Positions 49,979 to 61,000 of a stretch of 64,000 bases of DNA are shown here, one piece after another. Both the position numbers and the translations under genes were made by a program. This DNA comes from a virus (lineage: Duplodnaviria > Caudoviricetes). The notes beneath the pieces were generated by a model, which was not told the DNA's origin, searched no databases, and saw only the letters and a list, made by a program, of their open reading frames with translations. The stretch covers positions 32,001 through 96,000 of IMG/VR virus record IMGVR_UViG_3300013901_000007; one strand, 5' to 3'. How positions within the stretch are numbered: position 1 is the stretch's first letter; every line of letters begins with the position of its first letter.

Positions 49979-51661
49979 TCATCTAATTGAATAATTAAAT
50001 GTAATTTCATATTTTTTAGAACCAGCACCCCAGACCACTCCAGAAGCTAATTCTTTCAATTCTTTATATCTCGAAGGATTACGAGGAACTCCTTTTCCTT
50101 CAATAATCCAAGTTTTATTAGGACCCGTCATGCCAATATATGTCATCCCCAAAGCCTCATATGAAGCTCCATTAAATTTATTAAAATCACAATAACTAAA
50201 CACTTTTTCAGGTTGATAATCCTTTACAAAATGTTTAAATAATTTTGAAACACCCCCAACAACAATATTGTTGGAACCTGGACACCCTCTAATAATTTCC
50301 CATTCATTATCAGATTTTAAATTGCGGTTATATTTAGTTTTACTAAAAGACATTAATTGAACCAATTCATCTTTATAATAAAGGCCGTAAGTCACTTGAG
50401 CATTACGATGACCTTGTAAATGAATTTTATCATTCAAAACTTTTGCTTCTTTGTTAGTAATTTTTTTAATGGTGCATTGACGAGCATAAATTTTGCGTTC
50501 AACATTACCCGTAGCAATACGCAACAAGGCAATAATTTTTTCTTTTTTTATTGGGTCATTCCATTCATATTCATAAATGTGAATAATACGAATACCTTTA
50601 GACTCTGCTAACAAACTTTTGTTCAAGTGATAATTTTTAGGTAAACGAGCTTCGCTATGCCAAAAATCTCCGTTGAATTCTATTCCTAATTTTAATTCAG
50701 GACAATAAACATCAATTTCTTTTCCATCTAATGTAGTGCGATTATGCAATTCCACCGTTATATTCCAATTTTTTAATAAATTAAAAATTTCTAACTCACC
50801 TTGTGATGAATTAGGATTAAATAAATCTTCTAAATTAAATGAATGCACAATTTTTCCTATAATGGTCGGACCAATTTGTAATTTAGTTGCTACTTGAGCA
50901 AAACTAGGTTTATCATCAAAATTATTTTTTATATATTCTATAAATTTATCTTTATTTGAAATAATTTCATATACTTTTAATCCATAGTGAGCTTGAGCCG
51001 CCACAGGAACACCATATTTTTTTAAATTATTCTCTTTTACTTTTAGTTTAATTTTCTCACTACTCATAACACTTTCTACCCCATAACGAAGTAAATTTGT
51101 TTGTTTCATTTTTTCCATAATAATAGGTAATTGAGTGACATAACCAACACCGTATTTTAACATATTAGTATGAGTTCTATCTTGACAAACTTGTTCTTTA
51201 GATTTACTCATATTATATTGTTTAATTTGTTTATTAATAGTCGGGGCGCTTAATTTAAAATGCTTAGCACATTCACTCATACTATGTTGCTCTACTACAT
51301 AATATTGATATAATTCATCATAGGGAATTAATGGCGCTGTAATTTGATCAAAAATTTTTTTACGCACTGCAGGATCTGACATACTGGAGTTTCCTCCATA
51401 TTTTTCTAAACATGTTTGTTTGCGTTTTTCTTTTATAGAATCAACATGTGATAAAACAGAAGTGCCATATTTATCTACACAGGTTTTATCTCTACAAGCA
51501 CGTTGTAGTTCAATAGATTTGGTAATATCTGATTCCTTTAACCAGCGGACCAATACTTCTTTACAAACATTATAGTGTTGACACAAAGCCATTTGAGATA
51601 AATTTTGCTTAATATATAAATCATATAATTCATCTTTTGAAGGCGATATTTTTTTCTTCAT
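49979..51661 (-). CDS. free-standing homing-endonuclease-like protein (Hef-like)
   Basis: HTH plus KQT.L.KYG repeats, EIDVY...GIEFNGDFWHS nuclease motif, C-terminal GGVSKLFKHF...SYCD domain; paralogue of 58874-60622. Confidence 0.8.
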   Translation of the reverse strand: MKKKISPSKDELYDLYIKQNLSQMALCQHYNVCKEVLVRWLKESDITKSIELQRACRDKTCVDKYGTSVLSHVDSIKEKRKQTCLEKYGGNSSMSDPAVRKKIFDQITAPLIPYDELYQYYVVEQHSMSECAKHFKLSAPTINKQIKQYNMSKSKEQVCQDRTHTNMLKYGVGYVTQLPIIMEKMKQTNLLRYGVESVMSSEKIKLKVKENNLKKYGVPVAAQAHYGLKVYEIISNKDKFIEYIKNNFDDKPSFAQVATKLQIGPTIIGKIVHSFNLEDLFNPNSSQGELEIFNLLKNWNITVELHNRTTLDGKEIDVYCPELKLGIEFNGDFWHSEARLPKNYHLNKSLLAESKGIRIIHIYEYEWNDPIKKEKIIALLRIATGNVERKIYARQCTIKKITNKEAKVLNDKIHLQGHRNAQVTYGLYYKDELVQLMSFSKTKYNRNLKSDNEWEIIRGCPGSNNIVVGGVSKLFKHFVKDYQPEKVFSYCDFNKFNGASYEALGMTYIGMTGPNKTWIIEGKGVPRNPSRYKELKELASGVVWGAGSKKYEITFNYSIR

Positions 51662-51681
51662 CTTATTTCCTCCTTTAGTGA

Positions 51682-51710
51682 ATTATATAATATTTTATTA
51701 TTTTATGCAA
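51682..51710 (-). promoter_or_regulatory. sigmaA-type promoter TTGCAT-17-TATAAT for the endonuclease gene
   Basis: Consensus match; AAAGGAGG RBS downstream. Confidence 0.65.
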
Positions 51711-51757
51711 ATATCAATCATTTAAAAATAGAGATAAAATGATTCAGACTTGCATAA

Positions 51758-51784
51758 ATACAGGAGGGAAACACCCTCCTGTAT
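51758..51784 (-). terminator. intrinsic terminator
   Basis: ATACAGGAGGG-loop-CCCTCCTGTAT. Confidence 0.75.
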
Positions 51785-51791
51785 AATATGT

Positions 51792-51950
51792 TTATTGTTT
51801 TGGTTTAAAATTTGGACAATTTTCCAAATCTGTAACTTGATATTCTTTTACTGCTGTACACCAACGTTGGAAAGGACACACTTCCATTGTTAATTTACAA
51901 TAAAAACGTTGTTTTTTTCCTCCCATATGATGTAAACAAGAATAATCCAT
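51792..51950 (-). CDS. 52-aa Cys-rich protein (not in ORF track)
   Basis: MDYSCLHH...YCKLTMEVCPFQRWC...NCPNFK; five Cys; follows the major tail gene. Confidence 0.55.
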   Translation of the reverse strand: MDYSCLHHMGGKKQRFYCKLTMEVCPFQRWCTAVKEYQVTDLENCPNFKPKQ

Positions 51951-51960
51951 ATTAAATTAA

Positions 51961-52971
51961 TTATTCAGCTACTGTAATTGTATCAGTAATTGCTGTATTT
52001 AATTTATAAGTAACGGTAACTTCACCAGCAGCATCAAATTTGCCATCGACTAATACAGGAACAAAAGTTAAATCTGCTTCATTATTTAATAAAGAAAGAC
52101 GGCCGTCATTTAATAAACCATAAACTTTAGGTGCTAAGCCTTTCTTAAGTGTATCTTCATCAACAATAAGTTCTTTAATTCCTAAAGAACCATCATCTAA
52201 AGAGAGAACAATGTTATATAAGCTTGCTTCCATTAAATCACAAGTTTCAGATGCATAAGCAACACCAGCAAGGCTCATAGTTTGGTTGCTGGACATATTA
52301 AATGCCATTTCACTTCCACCATTTAATCTAAATCTTGGAATTTCATATGTAATAGTTCCTGCACGTTTTCCATTAGATGCACAAGCATCGCCACTAAAAA
52401 CAGGAGCAGTAATTACTAACATATATTCTTTAGGAAGAATGCTTGTAGTAACTCTAGCAATAAGAGCATTTGGATCAGCTACACAATATCTAACACAATA
52501 TTTTACATCTTTTTTAAAGTTTGCACTTGTAAGAATTTTTCCAGCAAATTCATAAACTTTCCAATCATCTTTACCTTCTTCTGTAGCCCAAGCGGCTTTG
52601 ATTTCTCCGCCACATGCACCAAATTCAAGTGATAAAGGTTGTTCAGATAATTCAATTGAACCATCTGCACTACATTTGATGGTTTCACTCTTATAACCAT
52701 GAGCACCACTAGCTTCAAAATTAGCACCTAATTGACCTTCAAGATATTCTTTCTTGAAAACAACGTCAGTTAAAGTAATTTCAACATTTGGATCGTGATA
52801 AAAACTAAATTGAATAGCACCACCTGTGCCACCTCTGATATCATCTTTGGTAATTGAAGTATTAATACCAGAGTCAGTTAAGGTTTTACTAACAAAAGCG
52901 AGTTCATATTTATCACCAACTTTTTCAAAGGCTTCAACTGTACCGACTGAACCTAAAAAATATTTAGCCAT
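51961..52971 (-). CDS. major tail protein
   Basis: SKTLTDSGI...DIRGGTG...FYHD...ITLTD, IPRFRLNG pattern; position in the tail module. Confidence 0.8.
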   Translation of the reverse strand: MAKYFLGSVGTVEAFEKVGDKYELAFVSKTLTDSGINTSITKDDIRGGTGGAIQFSFYHDPNVEITLTDVVFKKEYLEGQLGANFEASGAHGYKSETIKCSADGSIELSEQPLSLEFGACGGEIKAAWATEEGKDDWKVYEFAGKILTSANFKKDVKYCVRYCVADPNALIARVTTSILPKEYMLVITAPVFSGDACASNGKRAGTITYEIPRFRLNGGSEMAFNMSSNQTMSLAGVAYASETCDLMEASLYNIVLSLDDGSLGIKELIVDEDTLKKGLAPKVYGLLNDGRLSLLNNEADLTFVPVLVDGKFDAAGEVTVTYKLNTAITDTITVAE

Positions 52972-53002
52972 AAGTAAATCTCCTTAATATTTAATTGTTT
53001 TT

Positions 53003-54037
53003 TTATTTATGCATCATGCTTTGTTCTTGAGTAGCTTGATCCAAAGACTTATATGAATCTCCATACATATCCTTTGGAACTTTATATAACCAATGTTCCA
53101 CTTTGTAATCTTTAGGAAAACTGACTAATCCACTCATTTGAGCATTACGCGTAAATTTATAATTCATAATATCGTCTATCATGCTTAAAGCAATGGTAAA
53201 CTTTCTTATTGTCATATCAAAAATTTCACCAAATTTAAAATTAGAATTCATTGATAAACCAACAATCTTACGCTCCAGAGTTGCTGTAGCACCTTGATTT
53301 GATTTAGCCTCAATTTCTAATCTTTCTTCATAGTCTTTCTTAAGGTCAGGATCGACCCAAGAATCATCTTGGTAATCAATGAAATTTTGATACATAACTA
53401 TTAGACGTAACTTGTTAAAATCTTGCGATGTTATTTGTTGTTCGTCTATAAATAAATCGTAATGATTTTTTTTATTCTTTACGATTTTTATCATTTCCAC
53501 AAAATCTTTATCTTCTGAATTATGACACTGACTGCAAGTTAAATGTGGAGCTTCACTTGCAGTTGTTTTATCTGTCATATTTTTCGAAAATTCTTGTATT
53601 TGTCTTATAAAATTTTGAAATTCTTCACTGTCGTATTCTATTACATGTCCACATTTTTTACATTTAATTCCATTTTTTAAGTGGAAAATAATGCTCAACA
53701 AAGAATGTAATTTATATGACCATAAAGGACCTTCTTCTTTATCAGTTAATTTTGACAATAAAAAATCCAAATTAGTCATACGAATACCTTCAACAGTTTC
53801 GTTTTTATTTAAAGTTAAACAGGAAGATGATAACATAAATTGATCATAATCTCTAACTGTAGCTGGGTAAAGTTTTAATTTACCAAAAGGCACAGGTTTA
53901 TCTTCTCGAAAATATAAACGTTCATACTGTTGAATTTCTTCGGCAGTTGATTTGTCTACCCCTTTAAAACGGTCTACCTTTGGAGTCGACTCTTTTTTTT
54001 CTTGTTCTTTTTCTTGTTGTGTCTTATTTTCTTCCAT
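53003..54037 (-). CDS. tail assembly chaperone-like protein with CxxC...CxxC insert
   Basis: FNKLRLIVMYQN, DMTIRKF, HWLY; Zn-finger-like CKKC/CSQC. Confidence 0.5.
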   Translation of the reverse strand: MEENKTQQEKEQEKKESTPKVDRFKGVDKSTAEEIQQYERLYFREDKPVPFGKLKLYPATVRDYDQFMLSSSCLTLNKNETVEGIRMTNLDFLLSKLTDKEEGPLWSYKLHSLLSIIFHLKNGIKCKKCGHVIEYDSEEFQNFIRQIQEFSKNMTDKTTASEAPHLTCSQCHNSEDKDFVEMIKIVKNKKNHYDLFIDEQQITSQDFNKLRLIVMYQNFIDYQDDSWVDPDLKKDYEERLEIEAKSNQGATATLERKIVGLSMNSNFKFGEIFDMTIRKFTIALSMIDDIMNYKFTRNAQMSGLVSFPKDYKVEHWLYKVPKDMYGDSYKSLDQATQEQSMMHK

Positions 54038-54039
54038 AC

Positions 54040-54771
54040 CTATAATTGAGCGCCAGGTACTTCCATATCGCTTCCACTAGAATCTGCTGCCATATTTGTT
54101 GCAAACACAATAGAATGTCCATAAAAAGACCTTCTATTATATAAAGGCATAGTGGCTTTACATTTTATTGGCATACGCATATTAAATTGAAGATACCCTA
54201 CTCCGTCAATATAGAGCCCATTAAACTCTGCTAAGAGACACTTTAACAAAACCGTCGCGCGATTTTTGAAGGCAACAACAATGTTTCCCTCTTTAGTGGC
54301 ATCATTAGGATTTGCTAACGATACAATCTCTGTTTTTCCATCACTCTTAGATATACTAGTATAATTTTGGTCTGGATCTCCGTCGCCAGAGACAGCCGCC
54401 ACTTTACTATGAGTAACAGTTTCGATGGTTACACATACTGTTGATCTTAAATGGTCAATTGGCAGAACTTGCTCAACATAAATGTAAATTGAGCTACATT
54501 GTTCTTGCCACGCGTCATCAACAAAAGGCGAGAAAAATACGCGTTTGCTAGTTGGTTCCCCATTATCATTACAAACAAGGTTCCATCTTTCAGCAGTCGT
54601 TAAATTAGGCTTGCTTAACGCGTCTAAGCTGGAATATTTTAATAACTTCCAAATGATATTCGCATATTTAGTTTGCGAATTAACAAGATGATCGACTAAT
54701 TTTGCCTCTATACCATCTAAATCTTGAAAACGGTTATATGCAGCAACGTCGCGTTCTAAATAAGTTGCCAT
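54040..54771 (-). CDS. tail terminator / completion protein
   Basis: IWKLLKY, FNG..IDGVGYLQF; gene order. Confidence 0.5.
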   Translation of the reverse strand: MATYLERDVAAYNRFQDLDGIEAKLVDHLVNSQTKYANIIWKLLKYSSLDALSKPNLTTAERWNLVCNDNGEPTSKRVFFSPFVDDAWQEQCSSIYIYVEQVLPIDHLRSTVCVTIETVTHSKVAAVSGDGDPDQNYTSISKSDGKTEIVSLANPNDATKEGNIVVAFKNRATVLLKCLLAEFNGLYIDGVGYLQFNMRMPIKCKATMPLYNRRSFYGHSIVFATNMAADSSGSDMEVPGAQL

Positions 54772-54787
54772 ATCCTTTTACCTCCAA

Positions 54788-55993
54788 CTATTCTATAGTC
54801 CTCATGACTAATTCAAAATTAGCCATTATGTCCTCTCCAGTTGGGGAAGTATCGGCCAAGACCAAGAATTTCACTTTTAAGTTGCCACCCAAATAAATTC
54901 GAGTGCGTTTTAAATAAAAAATATCTCCTTCTTTTCTTAATTTAACATATGGATTATCCAAAATATTAAATGGTTTAGGAGCATTCCAATTTTCTAATTG
55001 ACATTGAATTTCAAACACTATATCTTCCTGAATCTCACCATAAGAATCTTTTAATACAGGTTTAAAACCTATTTCTTGACTTAATAAGTCAGTTGGTAAT
55101 TCTTTTGGTTCTTCAAAATCAATATAATATTCTTGATTTTCAACATTATTTGCTTCGATATGAACCACTGGTTCATTTTCATAAGCTATTCTATTAATAA
55201 AATCATCATAGGCTGATTTTTCTGTTATTTCCAAATAGAGTTGTATTAAACCAACATCAAAAGGATTATTTGTAGAATTAGAATAAAATTTATTAATAGC
55301 TTTAATTCTATAAACTGCATCATAACCAATAATAAAACGTTGATTAACTTGATACTCTGCTGTATATTTATTATGTTGACAAGTAATTAACAAACCAGCC
55401 TGTGGTGAAACCGCAATCTGATTGTAGTTAAATGTTGTCGCTGTTAAATCACGTCCCTGAATTACAGGTTCATAATGATAATGTCCAACACCTTGTTCGT
55501 CTAAATATACGCTTCCTAATGTTCCATTACATCTTTCAATAACAATACTACTTGTAGAAGACACATTATCTTTATTTGTAGTTAACCAAGTATTTTTCAT
55601 ACATGATCCAGAACAATTAGAATAATCTGGAGCAAATCGCCATTTTTGTCCAATTGCAAAACGCGATTCTCTAATATCTTTAAAGACTAAACGTCTACAA
55701 TCTTCAGCAATTGCTTTCCCTTTATCTGTTTTTACTGTTTGAACTACAACTTCTAAAGGATGATAATTTAATATAGGATATTTAGGACCGTTCCAATATT
55801 CTGGAGTATTCCATCCTATTTCAAATTCCACTAAGATTCTGTTTGGACGATATTTCCATTCATAATCTACTTTTTGTTGTAATCCTTTTATATAAAAATT
55901 ATCCTTATCGTAATTACGTGGTGTTTGTGATAGCAATTCAAGAGCACTATCAACAGGAGTATTACTTATGTCGAACACTTTATTTGCCATCAT
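54788..55993 (-). CDS. head closure / head-tail joining protein
   Basis: WLTT, IERCNGTL, NQRFIIG..VYRI; gene order. Confidence 0.5.
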   Translation of the reverse strand: MMANKVFDISNTPVDSALELLSQTPRNYDKDNFYIKGLQQKVDYEWKYRPNRILVEFEIGWNTPEYWNGPKYPILNYHPLEVVVQTVKTDKGKAIAEDCRRLVFKDIRESRFAIGQKWRFAPDYSNCSGSCMKNTWLTTNKDNVSSTSSIVIERCNGTLGSVYLDEQGVGHYHYEPVIQGRDLTATTFNYNQIAVSPQAGLLITCQHNKYTAEYQVNQRFIIGYDAVYRIKAINKFYSNSTNNPFDVGLIQLYLEITEKSAYDDFINRIAYENEPVVHIEANNVENQEYYIDFEEPKELPTDLLSQEIGFKPVLKDSYGEIQEDIVFEIQCQLENWNAPKPFNILDNPYVKLRKEGDIFYLKRTRIYLGGNLKVKFLVLADTSPTGEDIMANFELVMRTIE

Positions 55994-56005
55994 ACTTCCC
56001 CCTTA

Positions 56006-56419
56006 TTACTTGGATTTTAATTCTTCTGTGGTTTTCTTAATTAAATGATCAAGAATTCCCCTTGACTCCATAATTTGTCTCTTAATTTGAGCATGGGTCA
56101 TTGTTTTATATTTTTCATCTTGATACAAGCCATGAATCTTAACTACTACTTTTGTTAATTGATTATGACATAATGAATTAGATGAAGCAAGTTCATGCAT
56201 AAAACTAAAAAACCATAAAGAGATATCATTTTTACCCTCTTTTTCGCTTTCAATCATATACAAGAGTTTCACAACTTGTGATTTAATATCTTTAAAACAT
56301 TCAAGTTCGCCTTCTTTAGATAAAAAATTATCTTCGTCGGGAGAATAAAGGAAATCTTGATTTTGTTCAGTACCATCAGTTCCTTCAAACTGTGCTGTCT
56401 TTTTATTATCTTTTTCCAA
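56006..56419 (-). CDS. hypothetical protein in the head-tail module
   Basis: ORF overlapping the upstream gene. Confidence 0.55.
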   Translation of the reverse strand: MEKDNKKTAQFEGTDGTEQNQDFLYSPDEDNFLSKEGELECFKDIKSQVVKLLYMIESEKEGKNDISLWFFSFMHELASSNSLCHNQLTKVVVKIHGLYQDEKYKTMTHAQIKRQIMESRGILDHLIKKTTEELKSK

Positions 56420-57107
56420 AACGAGACCCTCCCCTTGGGGTTGAACCTAATGTCCAATTTAATTCTGAAATTAACGTATCTAAATCTCTATGAATTTGAT
56501 TGTGCCACTCAGTCTTTGCTCTCGCCGAATTCGCTGGACTGTAGAAGGTAAAATCTGCATCTGATAAATTATTTCTAAATTCAATTGCTCTATTCATTTC
56601 GTTATCACCCCATGCAGCTAAAACTGCATAAGCTAAAATATTTTTAACTTTTTCAAGGATAGCACGATTAGATAAGGCTAAATTTGAACCAAATAAATTA
56701 TTGAAATCATCTTCAAAAGCACCAGCATAGTACCAAACAACAGTAAGTTTTTCAGTAGAAAGAATTGGTCGTTCAAGAACTACACAATTTGTCTCTCTAT
56801 CATAAGAACCTCTCAAAAACTCGCCTTCACATTGAAATGTAAAAGCAGAGTTTTCTACTGGATTTGATACTAAAGCATAAGTATCTGTATTGTCACCATC
56901 TATAATTTCCATTTTCCCAACAGGGTCAGAATAGACAGCTAATCTATCAGTTATTTCAGTTGGATTCACAAACTTATTTAAGCCATTTATTAAAAATGGT
57001 CTCATATCTTGTTGGAATCCCGCAGGATTTTTCATGTAATTATATCGAATATCTGGGTCATCAAATAAATTGACTGCTCGTTCGAAAATTTCGCTAAATA
57101 AAATCAT
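56406..57107 (-). CDS. head-tail connector / adaptor protein
   Basis: FSEIFE, ILAYAVLAAW, DFTFYSPAN pattern; start re-called after AGGAGG. Confidence 0.6.
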   Translation of the reverse strand: MILFSEIFERAVNLFDDPDIRYNYMKNPAGFQQDMRPFLINGLNKFVNPTEITDRLAVYSDPVGKMEIIDGDNTDTYALVSNPVENSAFTFQCEGEFLRGSYDRETNCVVLERPILSTEKLTVVWYYAGAFEDDFNNLFGSNLALSNRAILEKVKNILAYAVLAAWGDNEMNRAIEFRNNLSDADFTFYSPANSARAKTEWHNQIHRDLDTLISELNWTLGSTPRGGSRFGKR

Positions 57108-57145
57108 TTGATGCCCTCCTTCGTAAAAAATCACATCAATATCTT

Positions 57146-57292
57146 TTGACGTTCCCAGAATATTTAAATTCGGGGATTCTTGCTTCTACGACCTCGTTAC
57201 CTACTATCTCCGCAAGCATATATCTTCGGGTTCGCCCAACCCTATAGTTGGCTAACATCCCGTGAACCTAAAGGTTTAGAGTTTTACCAACT
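57146..57292 (-). mobile_element. miniature non-autonomous IS200/IS605-type element (left-end hairpin, tnpB 3'/omega-RNA-like segment, right end)
   Basis: AACCTTTAGGTT...GGGATG left-end-like hairpin; AGGGTTGGGCGAACCCGAA...GCTTGCGGAGAT; GAAGCAAGAATCCCCGAAT...ATTCTGGGAACGTCAA right end; GC-rich in an AT-rich context. Confidence 0.65.
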
Positions 57293-57295
57293 AAA

Positions 57296-57958
57296 TTATA
57301 AAATTTCAATAGGTCTGTATTTGTAATCATTTCTAAGTTCATCAATCTCTCTAGTGAATCCTTCACCAGTAAGACGATTTAAAGTATCAATTCTCTCACG
57401 GTTTCTATAACCAGGGGCATTTTCTATAAACTTACGTTTAAAATACCCAACGATACCTTGTTTTTGAGCATGATCAACCGAATTCCATAATTTTTCAATT
57501 TCTTCACTTGACATGCTTCCTAATTTTTCAAGTTGTTGAGCAGATAATGAGAGTTCACCAAAAGTGCGAACACCTTTTTCTGCTGCAACTTTGTAATCTT
57601 TATCAGCAACTGCTAAAATACCTTGGTCAAACCAATGTCTATATTTACCGATGACAGCATCAAGTTGTGAACGGCTTAAAACAAATGATTCACCATATTT
57701 AGTACAATGTAATGATAATCCTGCACCTTCAACAAAAATATAACCTGGACTAACTGATGCATATACTAATGTAACATCTGTGTTAGTAGTGTTGTTATAA
57801 ACTGGTTGTGGATTATAACCAGATTGATTAGTAAGAGTTGTGATTGCACTTTCGGCTTTTGCTAAAAGGGCTTCGAGTGAAGCAATTTTTGCTTCTAACT
57901 CAGCTGTTTTACTTACAGTACCTTTTGATTGTACTGAGTTATTTTTTACTTCTGACAT
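57296..57958 (-). CDS. hypothetical protein downstream of the capsid gene
   Basis: AAGGAG RBS before MSEVKNN. Confidence 0.65.
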   Translation of the reverse strand: MSEVKNNSVQSKGTVSKTAELEAKIASLEALLAKAESAITTLTNQSGYNPQPVYNNTTNTDVTLVYASVSPGYIFVEGAGLSLHCTKYGESFVLSRSQLDAVIGKYRHWFDQGILAVADKDYKVAAEKGVRTFGELSLSAQQLEKLGSMSSEEIEKLWNSVDHAQKQGIVGYFKRKFIENAPGYRNRERIDTLNRLTGEGFTREIDELRNDYKYRPIEIL

Positions 57959-57988
57959 AACTAAATAAAATCTCCTTTTACTTCTGTG

Positions 57989-58013
57989 TTCGGTGGGGAC
58001 TCGCCCCACCGAA
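57989..58013 (-). terminator. GC-rich hairpin after the major capsid gene
   Basis: TTCGGTGGGG-loop-CCCCACCGAA; weak U-tract, so possibly a stabiliser or attenuator. Confidence 0.6.
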
Positions 58014-58037
58014 GTAATTATTGTTCTAGTTTAAAAA

Positions 58038-61000
58038 CTAAAGGTTAATAACACCGTATTTACTACCACAGACAGCTGAGACACCAAATCTGTATTCAAC
58101 AGAAATTCCATATCTCTTGTCTGATGTATGTTCTGGATCGAAATTGACTGCAACTTCGTTTCCTTCGAATACGATTTTAACTGGTCTGTCACCTGCGACT
58201 GGAACTAAATAAATTTTCTTATTGTCAAGAGCTAATTTAACATCACCGTTGACTGTTCCTGGAATTACAGGATTATTTAAAGCCATTAAAGGTACGCCTA
58301 AATATTGGTCTAAATAACCAACTTTATTCATTTCTTCGCCAATTTCAACTTGATAGTTTCCTTGTAAAGAAAGGTTGCTTAAAGCAACTGCTGTGCCAAT
58401 AGCAATAACTCCCATACCACCATTTGCTGCAGAGACTTTTTCTCTTAAGTCACCAAATAATTCTGGAGTGACACCGTTTGCCGAATAAGCGTTGCCAAAT
58501 TCTGTGACAGCTTTTGCCATTCCTTTAATTGCACTTGTGAAAATGAATGCTCTATATGATAAAGCAATCTTTAATCCAAAGTTACCAATATCAAAAATTT
58601 TAGAAATAAAAGGATACCAGTCAACATGTGCGTCAATGGTATATGCATGAGCATTAACAGTAATTTCGTTGTCAAACATTGGTTGATCAACACCTTTTCT
58701 AACGCCTTCTGCCTTTTGGTTAACTCTGAAAAGTTCGTTTGATTCAATAATGAATCTAGCTGTATCACCGTAGCCCACTTGTTTGACTTCAGCGATAAAT
58801 CTTGTAAAAGTCTGAATTAAATATTAATTAAATTGATCCTTATATATATTAGGTCTTATATAGTTATAAGACCTTATTGAACTGTATATAACCATGTCTT
58901 TGTACCGCAATCACAAAGACGATGATATCCTAAAGAATGCATTCTTTCAACCTCACCCGACTCTTGTTCTTGATAACGAGTTCTAATGTCTGTGGTTTGA
59001 AAATTAATCCAAACATAATTAGGTTGATTAATTGAAACGCATTGAAAACCCAAAATTCGATATAAATCTCCTTTTGTTTTTGTTATATCATTATATGAAG
59101 AAATAGTATTACCAGGTTGTAAAGTTTCTACAAAATGTTTAAATAATTTTGAAGCACCACCTTGTACCACACACCCATGTTGATTACAAAATCTAGACAA
59201 TTCCCACGTATATTTCTTATTCTTTGGATGTATGAAAGTCATACAACTAACAATTTGACCTTGATATTCTAATCCATATTGAATTGTAGAATGGTCATTG
59301 CCTTGAATATGATTTTCATTAAGAAATTTCTTTTTTTGCGCCTTGGTAAGTGTCACAATTTTACATTTTCTAGCTGGAATCTTAATATTATTTTTTATCA
59401 ATAAAGTTTTTATTCTATTCTTAATGCTTGTTTGAACAATATTATTATTCCATTCATATTCAAATATATGAAATAAGAATACACCTTTAGATTCTGCTAA
59501 TAACGATTTGTTTTGATGTGTCAAACTACGACCATTGTGATCTTGATATTCTTTTTTTATATCACTATGCCAATAGTCCCCATTAAACTCGATACCTAGT
59601 TTATAGTCTGGTAAATAAATGTCAATTTCCTTACCATTTAATATGGTTCTATCGTTAGTTTGAATATTTTCAACACCACATTCTTTAAGAAAATTAATAA
59701 TATCATTTTCATAATGAGAACGCAATGAATGGAAATTTATAAAGTCGTCTAAATTCCAACTATGTATTTTATCATACACCACAGTTCTATCTCTAAGATT
59801 AAAGAATTCTTGTAGATCATAGACTGTAGGTTTAGAATATAATGAAGATAAATACTTGGTAAATAATTCTTTATTATTCCAAATATTTAAATGTTTTATA
59901 TCTTGTTGCATATGATTGGGAGCACCATATTTATTTAAATTAGTTTGTAGAGTCTTTTGTTTATATTCTTCTGTTTGGGAATAATTTTCCACATCATATT
60001 TATTCAGCATGGTTTGTTTTACTTTATCCTTTATATCTTGGTGCTGCATTGAATTAGAAACACCATATTTATCTAAACAAGTTTGCACACTTTTTGCTTT
60101 AACCTCTTCTAACTCTAATGTGGATTTAACTCCATATTTTTTAAATGTATTATCTCTGATAATTTCATAACGTTGTTGAGAATTTTTAGCAATGTGATAA
60201 TGTTTATTTATTTTATTTAATAAAGGATATGTAATATTTAATAATTTACACATTTCTTCAACAGATAAATTTTTATTAAGATATTGTTCTTTCAACCAAG
60301 CAACAGTATAATTTTCTCCATATACTGAAAAAGTAGTCTCATCTACAATGTGAATAGGACTTAAACTTGCAGTTTTGGTAGATGCACCATATTTTATTAT
60401 ATTGGTATTTTTAACACGTTCTCTTAATTCTTCTGAATTTTGAGCCCTAGAATAGACTTTACTTTTATCTTCCTTAGATCTCTTAATGCCATAAGACTTT
60501 AAATAACGATTAAATGTGGTTTTTGAAATATTAAAATGTTCTTCACACTCTTTAACAGTATGAAGTTCATTAATGTAATATTCAATAATATCTTCTTTTG
60601 CGATGTTTATTCTTTTACTCATCTTTTTCCTCCTATAATGCCTTCATACTTTGTGTTAAATTTATTATAAAAAAGAAATATGAAAAAGTAAAGTATTTTT
60701 AATATATATAAAGATCAATTTTTTGTTTAATTAATATTTAATATAATTCATATGAGTTCGTTATTCTCATACAGTTTTTTAATAAACTTCTTATACTTTC
60801 ATATAAGCATAGACTATATTATATCCTTTCGTATTATTACGTTAAGGCCCGTCTCTTTCGAGGCACTTACCTCTACTCCCCTCATGAGGGATAGTCGTTG
60901 AACCTTCTCTTTCGAGCTTGGCTGCTGATTCTCTATTTTGCAAGATAGTGTTTAGGATTTAACCATGCACCATTCATATAATTTTTTCTACTTTCGTAAC

